DNA of 64,000 nucleotides, from the NCBI GenBank assembly GCA_050952645.1, contig JBMNLI010000012.1, positions 192,001 through 256,000 of the forward strand. The letters are read 5' to 3'. Positions 39,504 through 48,683 of the stretch are shown piece by piece. Under the pieces are notes generated by a model that ran no database searches, was not told the DNA's origin, and saw only the letters and a program-made list of their open reading frames with translations. A program made the position numbers and the translations under genes. Within the stretch, counting starts at the first letter, position 1. Every line of letters starts with the position of its first letter. This stretch comes from Bdellovibrionota bacterium. GTDB lineage: Bacteria > Bdellovibrionota_C > UBA2361 > CAKMMH01.

Positions 39504-40859
39504 ATGAATGAGTGTTTAGAGATTCATGGTCCTTGCGTATTAAATGGAACGGTTAGAGTAAGTGGTGCTAAAAATGCAGCACTTCCTATGCTTTTAGCTT
39601 CATTTTTAACTGAAGAAGAGTGCATTTTTTCAAACGTCCCAGCTATTTCAGATATTTTAATTTTATCTAGTTTACAAAAAAGCTTTGGTGGAGAGTCGTC
39701 TTATAGTGAAAAAGATGGGATTTTTAAAGTCTGTATGAAAAATTTAAATTCAGTTTCTGCAAGTTATAGTCTTGTAAAAGCGCTAAGGGCATCTTTTTGG
39801 CTTTTAGGACCACTTTTAGCAAGAAAAAGAGAAGCTAGGATTGCACTTCCAGGGGGAGATAAGATAGGCACTAGGGCGGTAGATATGCACTTAGATGCGT
39901 TTAGAAAAATGGGAGCAACAGTTAATTTAGAGCATGGAGTAGTCCATGCTACTTGCATAGATGGTTTGAAGCCAGAAGAGATCTCTTTTTATTTTCCATC
40001 CGTTGGGGCTACTCATCAAGTGCTTATGGCAGGGGCTTTAACTGAAGGTGAGACTATAATAAATAATCCTGCTCAAGAGCCTGAGGTTGTAGCGCTAGCA
40101 GATATGCTTACACATATGGGGGCGGAAATTGAGGGAGCAGGGACTGAAAGGATAGTGATTCACGGCAAGAGCAAGCTTAGCGGAACGCATGAAGAAATTA
40201 TTGGAGATAGAATAGAGGCAGGAACTTATATTATAGCAGGCGCATTAGCTGGGGAGAAAGTTAGGGTTGAAGGATTTAAGACGAAGCATTTAGGTAATTT
40301 TTTAGATATACTAGAAGATATAGGAGTAAACTTTATAAAAGATAGCGATTTTGTGGAGGTATATAAAAGCGATAATTTAAAGCCTGCAAATATAGCTACT
40401 GCCCCTTTTCCAGGGCTTGCAACCGATCTGCACCCAGCGTTAGCGGTGCTACTTTTTACGATAAATGGAACGAGTTCGCTAAAAGAGACGGTTTACGATT
40501 CTAGGTTTGCCTATGTTTCTGAGATAGTAAGAATGGGAGGAAATGCTAGAACTACTAATAATAGCCATTGCTTAGATGGTGCTGATAAAAATAATTTAAA
40601 AAACGTGCTTTCGTATGATAATTCCGTTAGTATTACTGGGCCTTGTCATCTAATGGGAACTTCCGTTGAGGCTCACGATGTGCGATGTGGTGCAGCGCTA
40701 GTGCTTGCAGGGCTTATAGCCAAAGGGGCGACTAGAATTTATGAACCTGAACATATAAAAAGAGCCTATGTAAATATAGATAAAAAATTAAATGATATAG
40801 GCGGTAGCGTATATTTTTTAGATAGTAGCTATGAGGACTTTAACTGTATAGGGTGTTAG
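39504..40859 (+). CDS. murA: UDP-N-acetylglucosamine 1-carboxyvinyltransferase (Asp-type active site)
   Basis: SGAKNAALP, LRAS...GPLLAR, LPGGDKIGTR, SVGAT, EPEV and DRIEAGT motifs. Confidence 0.95.
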   Translation: MNECLEIHGPCVLNGTVRVSGAKNAALPMLLASFLTEEECIFSNVPAISDILILSSLQKSFGGESSYSEKDGIFKVCMKNLNSVSASYSLVKALRASFWLLGPLLARKREARIALPGGDKIGTRAVDMHLDAFRKMGATVNLEHGVVHATCIDGLKPEEISFYFPSVGATHQVLMAGALTEGETIINNPAQEPEVVALADMLTHMGAEIEGAGTERIVIHGKSKLSGTHEEIIGDRIEAGTYIIAGALAGEKVRVEGFKTKHLGNFLDILEDIGVNFIKDSDFVEVYKSDNLKPANIATAPFPGLATDLHPALAVLLFTINGTSSLKETVYDSRFAYVSEIVRMGGNARTTNNSHCLDGADKNNLKNVLSYDNSVSITGPCHLMGTSVEAHDVRCGAALVLAGLIAKGATRIYEPEHIKRAYVNIDKKLNDIGGSVYFLDSSYEDFNCIGC

Positions 40860-40886
40860 AGATTAGGGATATAGAAGTTTTTTTTT

Positions 40887-41109
40887 TGATCTTCACGTTT
40901 TAGGTGGGTTAGAAAAATTGTTTTGTGGGTTAGCTTAAAAGAAAATTTACTTTTATATAAAACTAGCTATAGTTTCAAAAAAAAATTACAGCTATATTTA
41001 AAGTCAATTTATTTTACACAAATTTTTTAAAAGTCAATTTTCTTTCGGGCTTCGTCGAGAGTGATACTAATCTTTTAGAGTTTAAAACCATCTTAAAACG
41101 TGAAGAATT
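40887..41109 (+). mobile_element. ISL3-type MITE, long form
   Basis: Colinear and highly similar to 37804-38028 along its whole length; terminal bases eroded. Confidence 0.9.
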
Positions 41110-41118
41110 AAAAAAATT

Positions 41119-41157
41119 TTTTCACGGTTTAGGTGGAGTGGAAAAATTGTTTTTTTG
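41119..41157 (+). repeat. Left-end fragment of the MITE family
   Basis: TTCACGGTTTAGGTGGAGTGGAAAAATTGTTTTT resembles TTCACGTTTTAGGTGGGTTAGAAAAATTGTTTT. Confidence 0.65.
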
Positions 41158-41424
41158 TTATGTTTTCTTTTATTTTCCGTTATCTAGTTTTCAAATAATA
41201 GTATTATAAATTATTTTGACTACATTTTTTGTCTTTAGTAGAATGTCATAGTTGTTTGTTTTAAAAAAAATTCTTCTTTAAAATAAGTATAAATTTTAAG
41301 TATTTGTAAGATTTTATAAGATTGTAATAAGGAATTCTTTAGTATTTAAATTCTTTATTATAGATATTCTTTAATATCGATAACGAGTCTCTTGTTAAAG
41401 GCTAATAATTAAGGCTAGAAAATT

Positions 41425-43653
41425 ATGGTTGCTAATAGAAATGATGATAGAAATAATAGAAATAATAGAAATGATGATAGAAAAAGTAGAAGACAAAGCG
41501 GTTCTAGGCGTAGAGGAGCAAAGGGAGGTAGTGAAAATGATAGGAAAAGAACTCCTCGTGACAATACTTCTTTAGAAAGTTTTAGTGAAAATCTAAGAGA
41601 GATGTTAAGAAATTTAACCGAGAAAGAAATAGCTAACTTAGAAAGGGCAATAGTACTAGCAAAGGCTATGCAAGGTGGCAATAACTTTGCAAAGCCTCAA
41701 GAAACTATAAGTGTTCTTTCTCAAAATAATTTGGTAAAGAAAAGAAAAGAAAGTGCAGATATAGAAACTAAACTAATTAATTTGCTAGTTGGCACTATGC
41801 AAAATTTAACTAAAGATGATATCGTCGAAAATTTTATAAAATCGCTACACTTATGTTCTAAAAAACCTGAAAACTGGGATGTAGAATGTCGTAATGTAAG
41901 TTTTAAGCTAAGAGAAATGTATCTAGGCATTATAAGTGTTATAGCTAGTGAAGATAAAACTCCGCTCTATGCTTATGCAGAACATAGAGATAATTATGCT
42001 ACCGCTCAATTTGAAGATTTTGAGCGTGAAGATCTTAGTCAAATAAATGAAGCTGGTAATTTAGTTAGGCAAAAAATAATATGCAATCTTTTATATACTC
42101 AAAAGAGTTTTAACGATTTTGAAATAGTGAAGAATTACCAATTATTTCTTAAGCGGATAACCGAAAAAATAGTATCGGTTGTAAATAAACATATTGAAGG
42201 ACGAATAGATCAGGAAAATTTACATAATATTATTAAAGCAGTTTATATTTTTGCTCGTGGTTTATGTATTCCTCCTTATCTAAGATCTACTGTCGAGAAA
42301 TTTCAATATAAAGGTGAAGTGTCAAAATTAATTGCTGCTAGAGAATTAGCAAATTTTCCTGATACGCTAACATTTAATGTTCTTTATGAGTTGTTAAAGC
42401 CAGATTTAAAAGAAAATTTAAATCAATTTAAAGAGAATTGTAATAAATTTTTTAGAGAAAATTATAAAATTTATACACTGCCACGTGAACCTGAGAATGC
42501 TGACACTATTATATCTGGAATGATAGTTTTCTTTAAAAACTTAAGAGACGAAATGGAGAATTTTATTGCTTATTTAGAAAATATTGCTAGCTATCCTTAT
42601 ATATTAAATGAACTTGAACACATTGATTCTAAATTATCAAAAGAGCGTTGTTTAAAAACAACAAAGAAAAATAGAGATAAAAGACTTGATATAAAAGGGG
42701 AGATAATGCTAACCGTTACTGATAGAGATGGCAAAGTCTTTGGCTTGTATTATGATGGAAGAAGACAAAGAAAAGGTATTTGGGTTAAAAATCCTAATAA
42801 CACTTTTTTATTAGATACGATAGATGCTAAATCACTTTCTTATAAAGCAATATTAAAAGAGAATGCAAGTGGTATTTTTATAGATGAGACTGATAATATT
42901 TGGACTTCAGAAATAGAGCAATATGTTATTAAGAGTGGTGATACAAAAGATAATCTTGTAAATATAACTAGATGTCTTTTAGAGAAAGGAAGAAATTTTT
43001 TGTCTCTAATAGAAAATAAATATGATGTGGTATTTAAAGACATACAAGATCTTTCAATAGTTATGCTTGCTCTCGACTTAAGCAAAGAGGTGTGGGGGAT
43101 AAGGTCGGATAAAGCATATTGGTTACGTGCAGAAGCCTGTTTTACCCATCCTGATAACTTTCAAGATGAGGAAGAGCGATCGTGTGTTCTAGAGAAATTT
43201 AAAGATTTTTATGATTGCCCAGAAAATAAGAGTTTAACATTTGAAGATAGTATAAATGAGTTGCTACCAGATAGAAAATTTTATAAAGATAATTCTGATA
43301 AAGATATTGTAGTAGATAAAAGTAAAGCTGAATCTAATAATAGCGAAGAGATGTCTAGCTATATGGAAAAGATAGAAAATTATTTTAAAAAAGGTGGTGG
43401 GGCTTTAAAAAAGAATATTTCAGTAGGTGATTTAAAAGAATTTCTTAAGCCATTAGGTGTTGATTATGATCCAGGTAGTGGAAAGGGATCGCATTCGGCG
43501 TTAGTACGTGGAAATTATAAATACCATTTAAGTCAAGTAATGCGAAAGGAAGGAGTTTATTTTAATAAATTAGCTGAGATTATTAAATCGCTTGGGCTTT
43601 CTTATAAAGAAGTCTATGAAAAATGTTGCGTTGAAAAAGAAGATAAGAGTTAA
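41425..43653 (+). CDS. 742-aa hypothetical protein with C-terminal HicA-like domain
   Basis: Arg/Asn/Asp low-complexity N-terminus. The C-terminus ISVGDLKEFLKPLG...GKGSH...LAEIIKSLGLS fits the HicA dsRBD-like pattern. Confidence 0.7.
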   Translation: MVANRNDDRNNRNNRNDDRKSRRQSGSRRRGAKGGSENDRKRTPRDNTSLESFSENLREMLRNLTEKEIANLERAIVLAKAMQGGNNFAKPQETISVLSQNNLVKKRKESADIETKLINLLVGTMQNLTKDDIVENFIKSLHLCSKKPENWDVECRNVSFKLREMYLGIISVIASEDKTPLYAYAEHRDNYATAQFEDFEREDLSQINEAGNLVRQKIICNLLYTQKSFNDFEIVKNYQLFLKRITEKIVSVVNKHIEGRIDQENLHNIIKAVYIFARGLCIPPYLRSTVEKFQYKGEVSKLIAARELANFPDTLTFNVLYELLKPDLKENLNQFKENCNKFFRENYKIYTLPREPENADTIISGMIVFFKNLRDEMENFIAYLENIASYPYILNELEHIDSKLSKERCLKTTKKNRDKRLDIKGEIMLTVTDRDGKVFGLYYDGRRQRKGIWVKNPNNTFLLDTIDAKSLSYKAILKENASGIFIDETDNIWTSEIEQYVIKSGDTKDNLVNITRCLLEKGRNFLSLIENKYDVVFKDIQDLSIVMLALDLSKEVWGIRSDKAYWLRAEACFTHPDNFQDEEERSCVLEKFKDFYDCPENKSLTFEDSINELLPDRKFYKDNSDKDIVVDKSKAESNNSEEMSSYMEKIENYFKKGGGALKKNISVGDLKEFLKPLGVDYDPGSGKGSHSALVRGNYKYHLSQVMRKEGVYFNKLAEIIKSLGLSYKEVYEKCCVEKEDKS

Positions 43654-43688
43654 GTTAAGGTATAATCCGAGCAATATATCCTTTTTAT

Positions 43689-43793
43689 GGTTCTTCACGT
43701 TTTAGGTGGGTTAGAAAAATTTTTCTTTTAGGGCCTCGTAGAGAGTGATACTAATTTTTTAGGATTTAAAACTACCTTTAAGCGTGAAGAACT
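43689..43793 (+). mobile_element. ISL3-type MITE, short form (105 bp)
   Basis: GGTTCTTCACGTTTTAGGTGGGTTAG...GAGTGATACTAATTTT...GCGTGAAGAACT; an internal-deletion form of the long copy. Confidence 0.88.
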
Positions 43794-43927
43794 AAAAAAT
43801 ATAATATCAAAAAAGTAATCTTGAAAAACGTAGTTAGATGTTAGACAATAATAACTCGTTATTAATTTTTTAACTTTTATATTATATTTAATAATATATT
43901 TGTTTTATATGTTCATTTTAGTTTTGC

Positions 43928-44851
43928 ATGTTTAATACTATTTGTGATTTTCTAATATATTTGATTTTTAGATTCTTAATGCTACTTTTTTACATCTTGC
44001 CTAGAAAGTGGGTAGTAAAATTTCTTACATTTTTTGGGAAAACAGTATTAAAGTATCATAAGCTTTACAGAAAAGTAACGTTAATAAATTTAGGATTTGC
44101 ATATCCAGATAAGAGCATAGAGTGGAGACTAGAGTTTATAGATGAAATAGCTAGCGAACTTGCAAGAGCCTTTTACGATATTATTAGAATTCCTTTTTTA
44201 TCTAAAGAGTGGATTAAAAAACACGTAGAATTTGAAGATAAAGAAAAGTTAAATAAAAAATATTCTAAAAAAACACCTATCATATTCGTTACGGGACATT
44301 TAGGAAGTTTTGAACTTCTTATATATTCTTGCTCTTTGTTAAAGGGAAATCATATAAGCATTGTCGTAAAAAGTTTGAAAAATAAATTTATAGATAAATA
44401 CTGGAATAGCATTCGTTCTAAATATGGAAGCAGAATAATAAAAAAAGATGGAGCATATAAGGCTTCGCTAAAAGCTATAAAGAATAATCACGATATTGGG
44501 TTTCCATTCGATCAAAATATGAAAAGATACGATTCGGTATTTGTAGATTTTTTTGGGAAAAAGGCGGCTACTTCTAAGACGTTAGCAGTTTTAGCTTTAA
44601 GACATCGTGTTCCCGTCGTTTTTGCATATATAAAACATATAGGTAATGATAAATATACCATAAGAACTAGAGAATGTTTTTATAAGGATATTTGTGATGA
44701 TAAATCATTAAACCATGAAGAAAAAATTGAGGTTTTTACCACGCGTGCTATGGGTGTCTTAGAAGAACTTATAAGAGAATGTCCTGCTGGTTGGTTCTGG
44801 ATGCATAGAAGATGGAAAACTAGACCAGAAGGTGAAGAACAGTTTTATTAA
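43928..44851 (+). CDS. lpxL: Lipid A late acyltransferase (LpxL/HtrB family)
   Basis: GHLGSFE, DQN, FVDFFG and WFWMHRRWKTRP motifs. Confidence 0.85.
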   Translation: MFNTICDFLIYLIFRFLMLLFYILPRKWVVKFLTFFGKTVLKYHKLYRKVTLINLGFAYPDKSIEWRLEFIDEIASELARAFYDIIRIPFLSKEWIKKHVEFEDKEKLNKKYSKKTPIIFVTGHLGSFELLIYSCSLLKGNHISIVVKSLKNKFIDKYWNSIRSKYGSRIIKKDGAYKASLKAIKNNHDIGFPFDQNMKRYDSVFVDFFGKKAATSKTLAVLALRHRVPVVFAYIKHIGNDKYTIRTRECFYKDICDDKSLNHEEKIEVFTTRAMGVLEELIRECPAGWFWMHRRWKTRPEGEEQFY

Positions 44852-44944
44852 AATAATTAAAATTAATTTTTTTAATTAACATACATAAAAAATAAAGACT
44901 AAATAATAAAGACTAAAAAATAAATTTATGAAGATAGAGGGCTT

Positions 44945-45415
44945 TTAAGAATTCACAGCACTAACAATTTTAAAAGTAGGTTCGCTAGTATATTTTATCC
45001 TTTTAGCAAGCCTGTTTCTAACGTAAGCTTCTCTTAGTTTCTCTACCCCCTCTTTAGCACGAGTTTTGTTTATATCTAAAATTTGCGCCTTAGGGATTTC
45101 TCTGTTTTCTATTTTCTTAAATGATTTTTCATTTAAAGTAATTATAATCTCTTGCTCTTTAAGCGATAGCTTAGAAAATGTATAACCGTCATCTAGAATT
45201 TTATTTAAGAAAATTTCAGAATAAATATAATCTGAAGACTCATAGATGACATTTTTAGCCATATTTGCTAAACTTATCCTGATGTTTGAAGCTTGCTCTA
45301 AATATTCATTAGCTATAAGCATTCCCATTATAGGTCTTCCATCACCTATAAGCTTCGATATGTGTAATAATAATACTCTGTTAAAACTAATTTTTTTGTT
45401 GCTTTTATTTTCCAT
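44945..45415 (-). CDS. Hypothetical protein downstream of a sigma54 promoter
   Basis: 156-aa ORF from ATG 45415; no recognised motif. Confidence 0.7.
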   Translation of the reverse strand: MENKSNKKISFNRVLLLHISKLIGDGRPIMGMLIANEYLEQASNIRISLANMAKNVIYESSDYIYSEIFLNKILDDGYTFSKLSLKEQEIIITLNEKSFKKIENREIPKAQILDINKTRAKEGVEKLREAYVRNRLAKRIKYTSEPTFKIVSAVNS

Positions 45416-45427
45416 ACCCAATCTATA

Positions 45428-45444
45428 TGCAAGAATCGTGCCAA
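45428..45444 (-). promoter_or_regulatory. Sigma54 -24/-12 promoter
   Basis: Minus strand TTGGCACGATTCTTGCA, an exact TGGCACG-N4-TTGCW consensus. Confidence 0.88.
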
Positions 45445-45459
45445 CTTTGTAATATTTTA

Positions 45460-45472
45460 TAACATATTGATT
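45460..45472 (-). promoter_or_regulatory. IHF binding site
   Basis: Minus strand AATCAATATGTTA equals WATCAANNNNTTR; lies between the sigma54 site and a palindrome. Confidence 0.7.
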
Positions 45473-45513
45473 TTACATTGTTTTTTGTATAAAATTAAAA
45501 TGTATCATTGGCA

Positions 45514-45535
45514 GTTGTTGCGTTTCTGCAACAGC
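45514..45535. promoter_or_regulatory. Putative enhancer (UAS) for a sigma54 activator
   Basis: TGTTGC-N6-GCAACA inverted repeat about 100-115 bp upstream of the predicted transcription start. Confidence 0.55.
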
Positions 45536-45708
45536 ACGGTGAGGATTTTTTCCACGAAGCAATTTTTTTATTTAAATATTTATAGTGTTTTTTAAAGGTT
45601 TTAATGTTGTTAAAAATATTAGCTAAAATATTTGTAATATTGTTGATATTGATTTTCGGTGGTATACTTCTAGAGTTTAATTTTTCTTCTTTTTAATGTT
45701 TTTTACTT

Positions 45709-46242
45709 ATGATACCTACAGATTTTAAATTAAAATATGATAAAAATTGTATAGATGATGCTATATCAAATGTTGCAGATAAAATGAATAAGTTTTTTAA
45801 TAAAAAAGATTTTAAAAATGATGATATCGTAGCGCTAACGATTTTAAAAGGAGCTATGTTTTTTTCAATAGATCTAATGAAAAAATTAGCTTTTAATTTT
45901 AGTGTCGATTTCTTAAAAGCTTCTTCATATCACAGCAATAAACAGTCAACGGAAATATTAATAGACGCAAAGAATGTTTTTGTAAAGGATAAGACGGTAA
46001 TTTTGTTAGATGATATATGTGATACTGGTATAACGCTTTATGAGTTATCAAACATTTTAAAAAACTATGGTGCAAAAGAAGTATACTCTGCCGTGCTTTT
46101 AAAGCGCTTAGGTACTACTTCTAAATATAAACCAAACTGGGTTGGTTTCGTTGATAAGAGTAAAGATTGGTTCGTTGGCTATGGAATGGATGATGCACAA
46201 AAATGGCGTCAACTTCCTGAAATTTATGTAAAGAAGCAATAA
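45709..46242 (+). CDS. hpt: Hypoxanthine phosphoribosyltransferase
   Basis: ILKGAMFF, SSY, VILLDDICDTGITL and FVGYGMD motifs. Confidence 0.88.
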   Translation: MIPTDFKLKYDKNCIDDAISNVADKMNKFFNKKDFKNDDIVALTILKGAMFFSIDLMKKLAFNFSVDFLKASSYHSNKQSTEILIDAKNVFVKDKTVILLDDICDTGITLYELSNILKNYGAKEVYSAVLLKRLGTTSKYKPNWVGFVDKSKDWFVGYGMDDAQKWRQLPEIYVKKQ

Positions 46243-46303
46243 TGCATTTGCGTCTTTCATGTTTTTTTAAGAGGATAATAAAAAATTATTTTAAAATATC
46301 AAA

Positions 46304-47755
46304 ATGGCTATGCAAGAAAAGGAAATCAAATATTCACTAGATATACAGAACGTAACGAAAGCCTTTAGTAAAAAAACTTTACAAAAAGGTGGATATACTA
46401 CTTTAAAATCCTTGATTCTTAATCCGCTAAAACATGAAAAAGCTAGAAACAATGATTTTATATATGCTATAAAAGATCTAACTTTGCAAATTCCTAAAGG
46501 TAAATCTGTAGGACTTATAGGACGAAATGGTGCTGGAAAATCTACTCTTTTAAAACTAATTTCAGGAATTTATCAACCTACCTCTGGAAAAATAAAAGTA
46601 AATGGCAAAATTGCAGCTCTAATAGAGTTAGGAGCAGGTTTTCACCCAGATTTTACGGGAAGAGAAAATATATATCTAGGTGGCGCTATGCATGGTATGA
46701 CTACTAAAGAGATAGATGAAGTTTACGATGATATAGTAAAGTTTTCAGAGCTAGAAGATTACATGGACGCCCCGATAAGAACGTATTCTAGCGGAATGTT
46801 TATGAGATTAGGATTTAGTTTAGCGATACATACTAGCCCAGATGTTTTAATAGTCGATGAAGTGCTTGCCGTAGGAGATGCGTCTTTTAATGCTAAGTGT
46901 AAAGATAGGTTATTTGAAATTAAGAAAAAAGGAACCACGCTTCTTTTAGTAAGCCATGACTTATCTTCTATAAAAGATTGGTGTGAAGAAGCGCTTTGGA
47001 TAGAAAAAGGTGTCGTTAAAGCTAGAGGGATTCCGGAAAAGGTAATAAATAAATATTTAAGCTATGTTAGCGCTAGAGATAATGCGAAATTAAGAGAAGC
47101 AAATAAAAGAGAATTAAACAAAAAAGAAGCTAGCGATAAAAGGAGAGATAAAAAGAGCGATAAAAAGGATGTCTTAGATGATTTGTTAGCTAACAAAAAA
47201 GTAGCAATGAATTTATTAGATGGCAATTTAGCTAGCACATTAACTAGCACATTAGACGCCACATTAGATGGCAAAACTTTATTAGAAGATAAAGAAGAAA
47301 ATAAAATAGAGATATCAGATATTAAATGTCTAAATAAAAATAAAAAAGAATGTTATGCTTATGCCGTAAACGATAGCTTAACTATAAAGTTTGATTATAA
47401 AATCAATAGTAAGATTAAAGATGTTATTTTTGAAATTAAAATTATAAGAAGAGATGGTCTTATAATTAGCGAAAGCAGTTCTAAACTTTATCAAAATCGA
47501 GTGAACGTAAACGAGAATTTAAAAAAAAATATAAAATCAAATAATGGCGCAAATAATAGCTCAAATAATGGCACTGTTTGCTATGAAATTAAAGATTTAG
47601 CTTTAACGCCTGCAAGGTATGTAGCACAAATTTTCACTAGGAATAATAATGATGAAAATCATAAGTTAAAAAATAATACTATAAATTTTCTTGTGCGTCC
47701 TAATGGCGTAAATTCAGGAGTTATTCTCCTAAAAGATGAATGGAAATTTTGTTAA
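46304..47755 (+). CDS. wzt: Polysaccharide ABC transporter ATPase with Wzt C-terminal domain
   Basis: GRNGAGKST, ELGAGFHPDFTGREN, YSSGM and DEVLAVGD motifs; C-terminal beta domain. Confidence 0.92.
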   Translation: MAMQEKEIKYSLDIQNVTKAFSKKTLQKGGYTTLKSLILNPLKHEKARNNDFIYAIKDLTLQIPKGKSVGLIGRNGAGKSTLLKLISGIYQPTSGKIKVNGKIAALIELGAGFHPDFTGRENIYLGGAMHGMTTKEIDEVYDDIVKFSELEDYMDAPIRTYSSGMFMRLGFSLAIHTSPDVLIVDEVLAVGDASFNAKCKDRLFEIKKKGTTLLLVSHDLSSIKDWCEEALWIEKGVVKARGIPEKVINKYLSYVSARDNAKLREANKRELNKKEASDKRRDKKSDKKDVLDDLLANKKVAMNLLDGNLASTLTSTLDATLDGKTLLEDKEENKIEISDIKCLNKNKKECYAYAVNDSLTIKFDYKINSKIKDVIFEIKIIRRDGLIISESSSKLYQNRVNVNENLKKNIKSNNGANNSSNNGTVCYEIKDLALTPARYVAQIFTRNNNDENHKLKNNTINFLVRPNGVNSGVILLKDEWKFC

Positions 47756-47780
47756 AATTAGTTATTGGAGTTTTTAGTTC

Positions 47781-48566
47781 ATGGGACTAGTTAGAAACTT
47801 ACAAGAGTTAAAAAAATATAAAACTTTAGTCAATGCTCTTACGCTAAGATATTTAGCGAGTAGGTATAGAGGGTCGCTGCTTGGTTTCTTTTGGACTTTT
47901 TTAAATCCTCTATGCTTAATGTTAGTTTACACGGTAGTTTTTAAATTTTATATGAGGTTTGATGATATAGATAATTACACTATATTTTTATTCGTAGGGC
48001 TTTTGCCTTGGATGTGGGCCTCGAGTGCACTTACAGAGGCATCAGTGTCGATATCATCTAGTGCACATTTTATTACTAAGTCTATGTTTCCTCCACATAT
48101 TTTACCTACCGTTGCAACGCTTACTACATTTATAAATTTTTTATTATCGCTTCCACTCTTATTTATTTTTATGTTTTTTTTCAAAGTCCCATTTTATTCT
48201 ACAATCTTGTATTTACCTCTAGTTATAATTTTACAATTTATATTGTTATACTCTCTTGGTCTTATACTCTCCGTTATGAATGTTTATTTAAGAGATACTC
48301 AACACTTGCTAGGAAATATTTTAACATTTTTGTTTTTTCTCTCTCCTATATTGTACCCTGTGGAGAAAGTTCCAGCAAAATTTAAGTGGACACTTAACTT
48401 AAACCCATTTGCATCATTTACCTCGGCATACCATAGGTTAATATTAGACGGTAAAATTCCTGAAGCTAGTTTAATATATATGATGCTAGGGTATACTATT
48501 TTTTCACTTATAATTGCGATAATGGTTTACGATAGACATAAGGAAAATATTGTGGATTTGTTATAA
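47781..48566 (+). CDS. wzm: Polysaccharide ABC transporter permease
   Basis: RYRGSLLGFFWTFLNPL, RD, SPILYP and NP motifs; multiple TM segments. Confidence 0.92.
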   Translation: MGLVRNLQELKKYKTLVNALTLRYLASRYRGSLLGFFWTFLNPLCLMLVYTVVFKFYMRFDDIDNYTIFLFVGLLPWMWASSALTEASVSISSSAHFITKSMFPPHILPTVATLTTFINFLLSLPLLFIFMFFFKVPFYSTILYLPLVIILQFILLYSLGLILSVMNVYLRDTQHLLGNILTFLFFLSPILYPVEKVPAKFKWTLNLNPFASFTSAYHRLILDGKIPEASLIYMMLGYTIFSLIIAIMVYDRHKENIVDLL

Positions 48567-48683
48567 TAAAATAAGAGGGGGTTAAGTTTTCGTGTTAGCT
48601 TGCGTTGTGTTGATAATAAAGAAATAAAGCGTAAAGAGTATAAAAAAAATATGTTTAAAATTTTTTATTAAAAGGCTTAAATA

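Noticed and set aside
41357..41383. Sigma28-like -10 (ATCGATAA) upstream of the HicA-domain gene
   Set aside because: No convincing -35 element at the right spacing.
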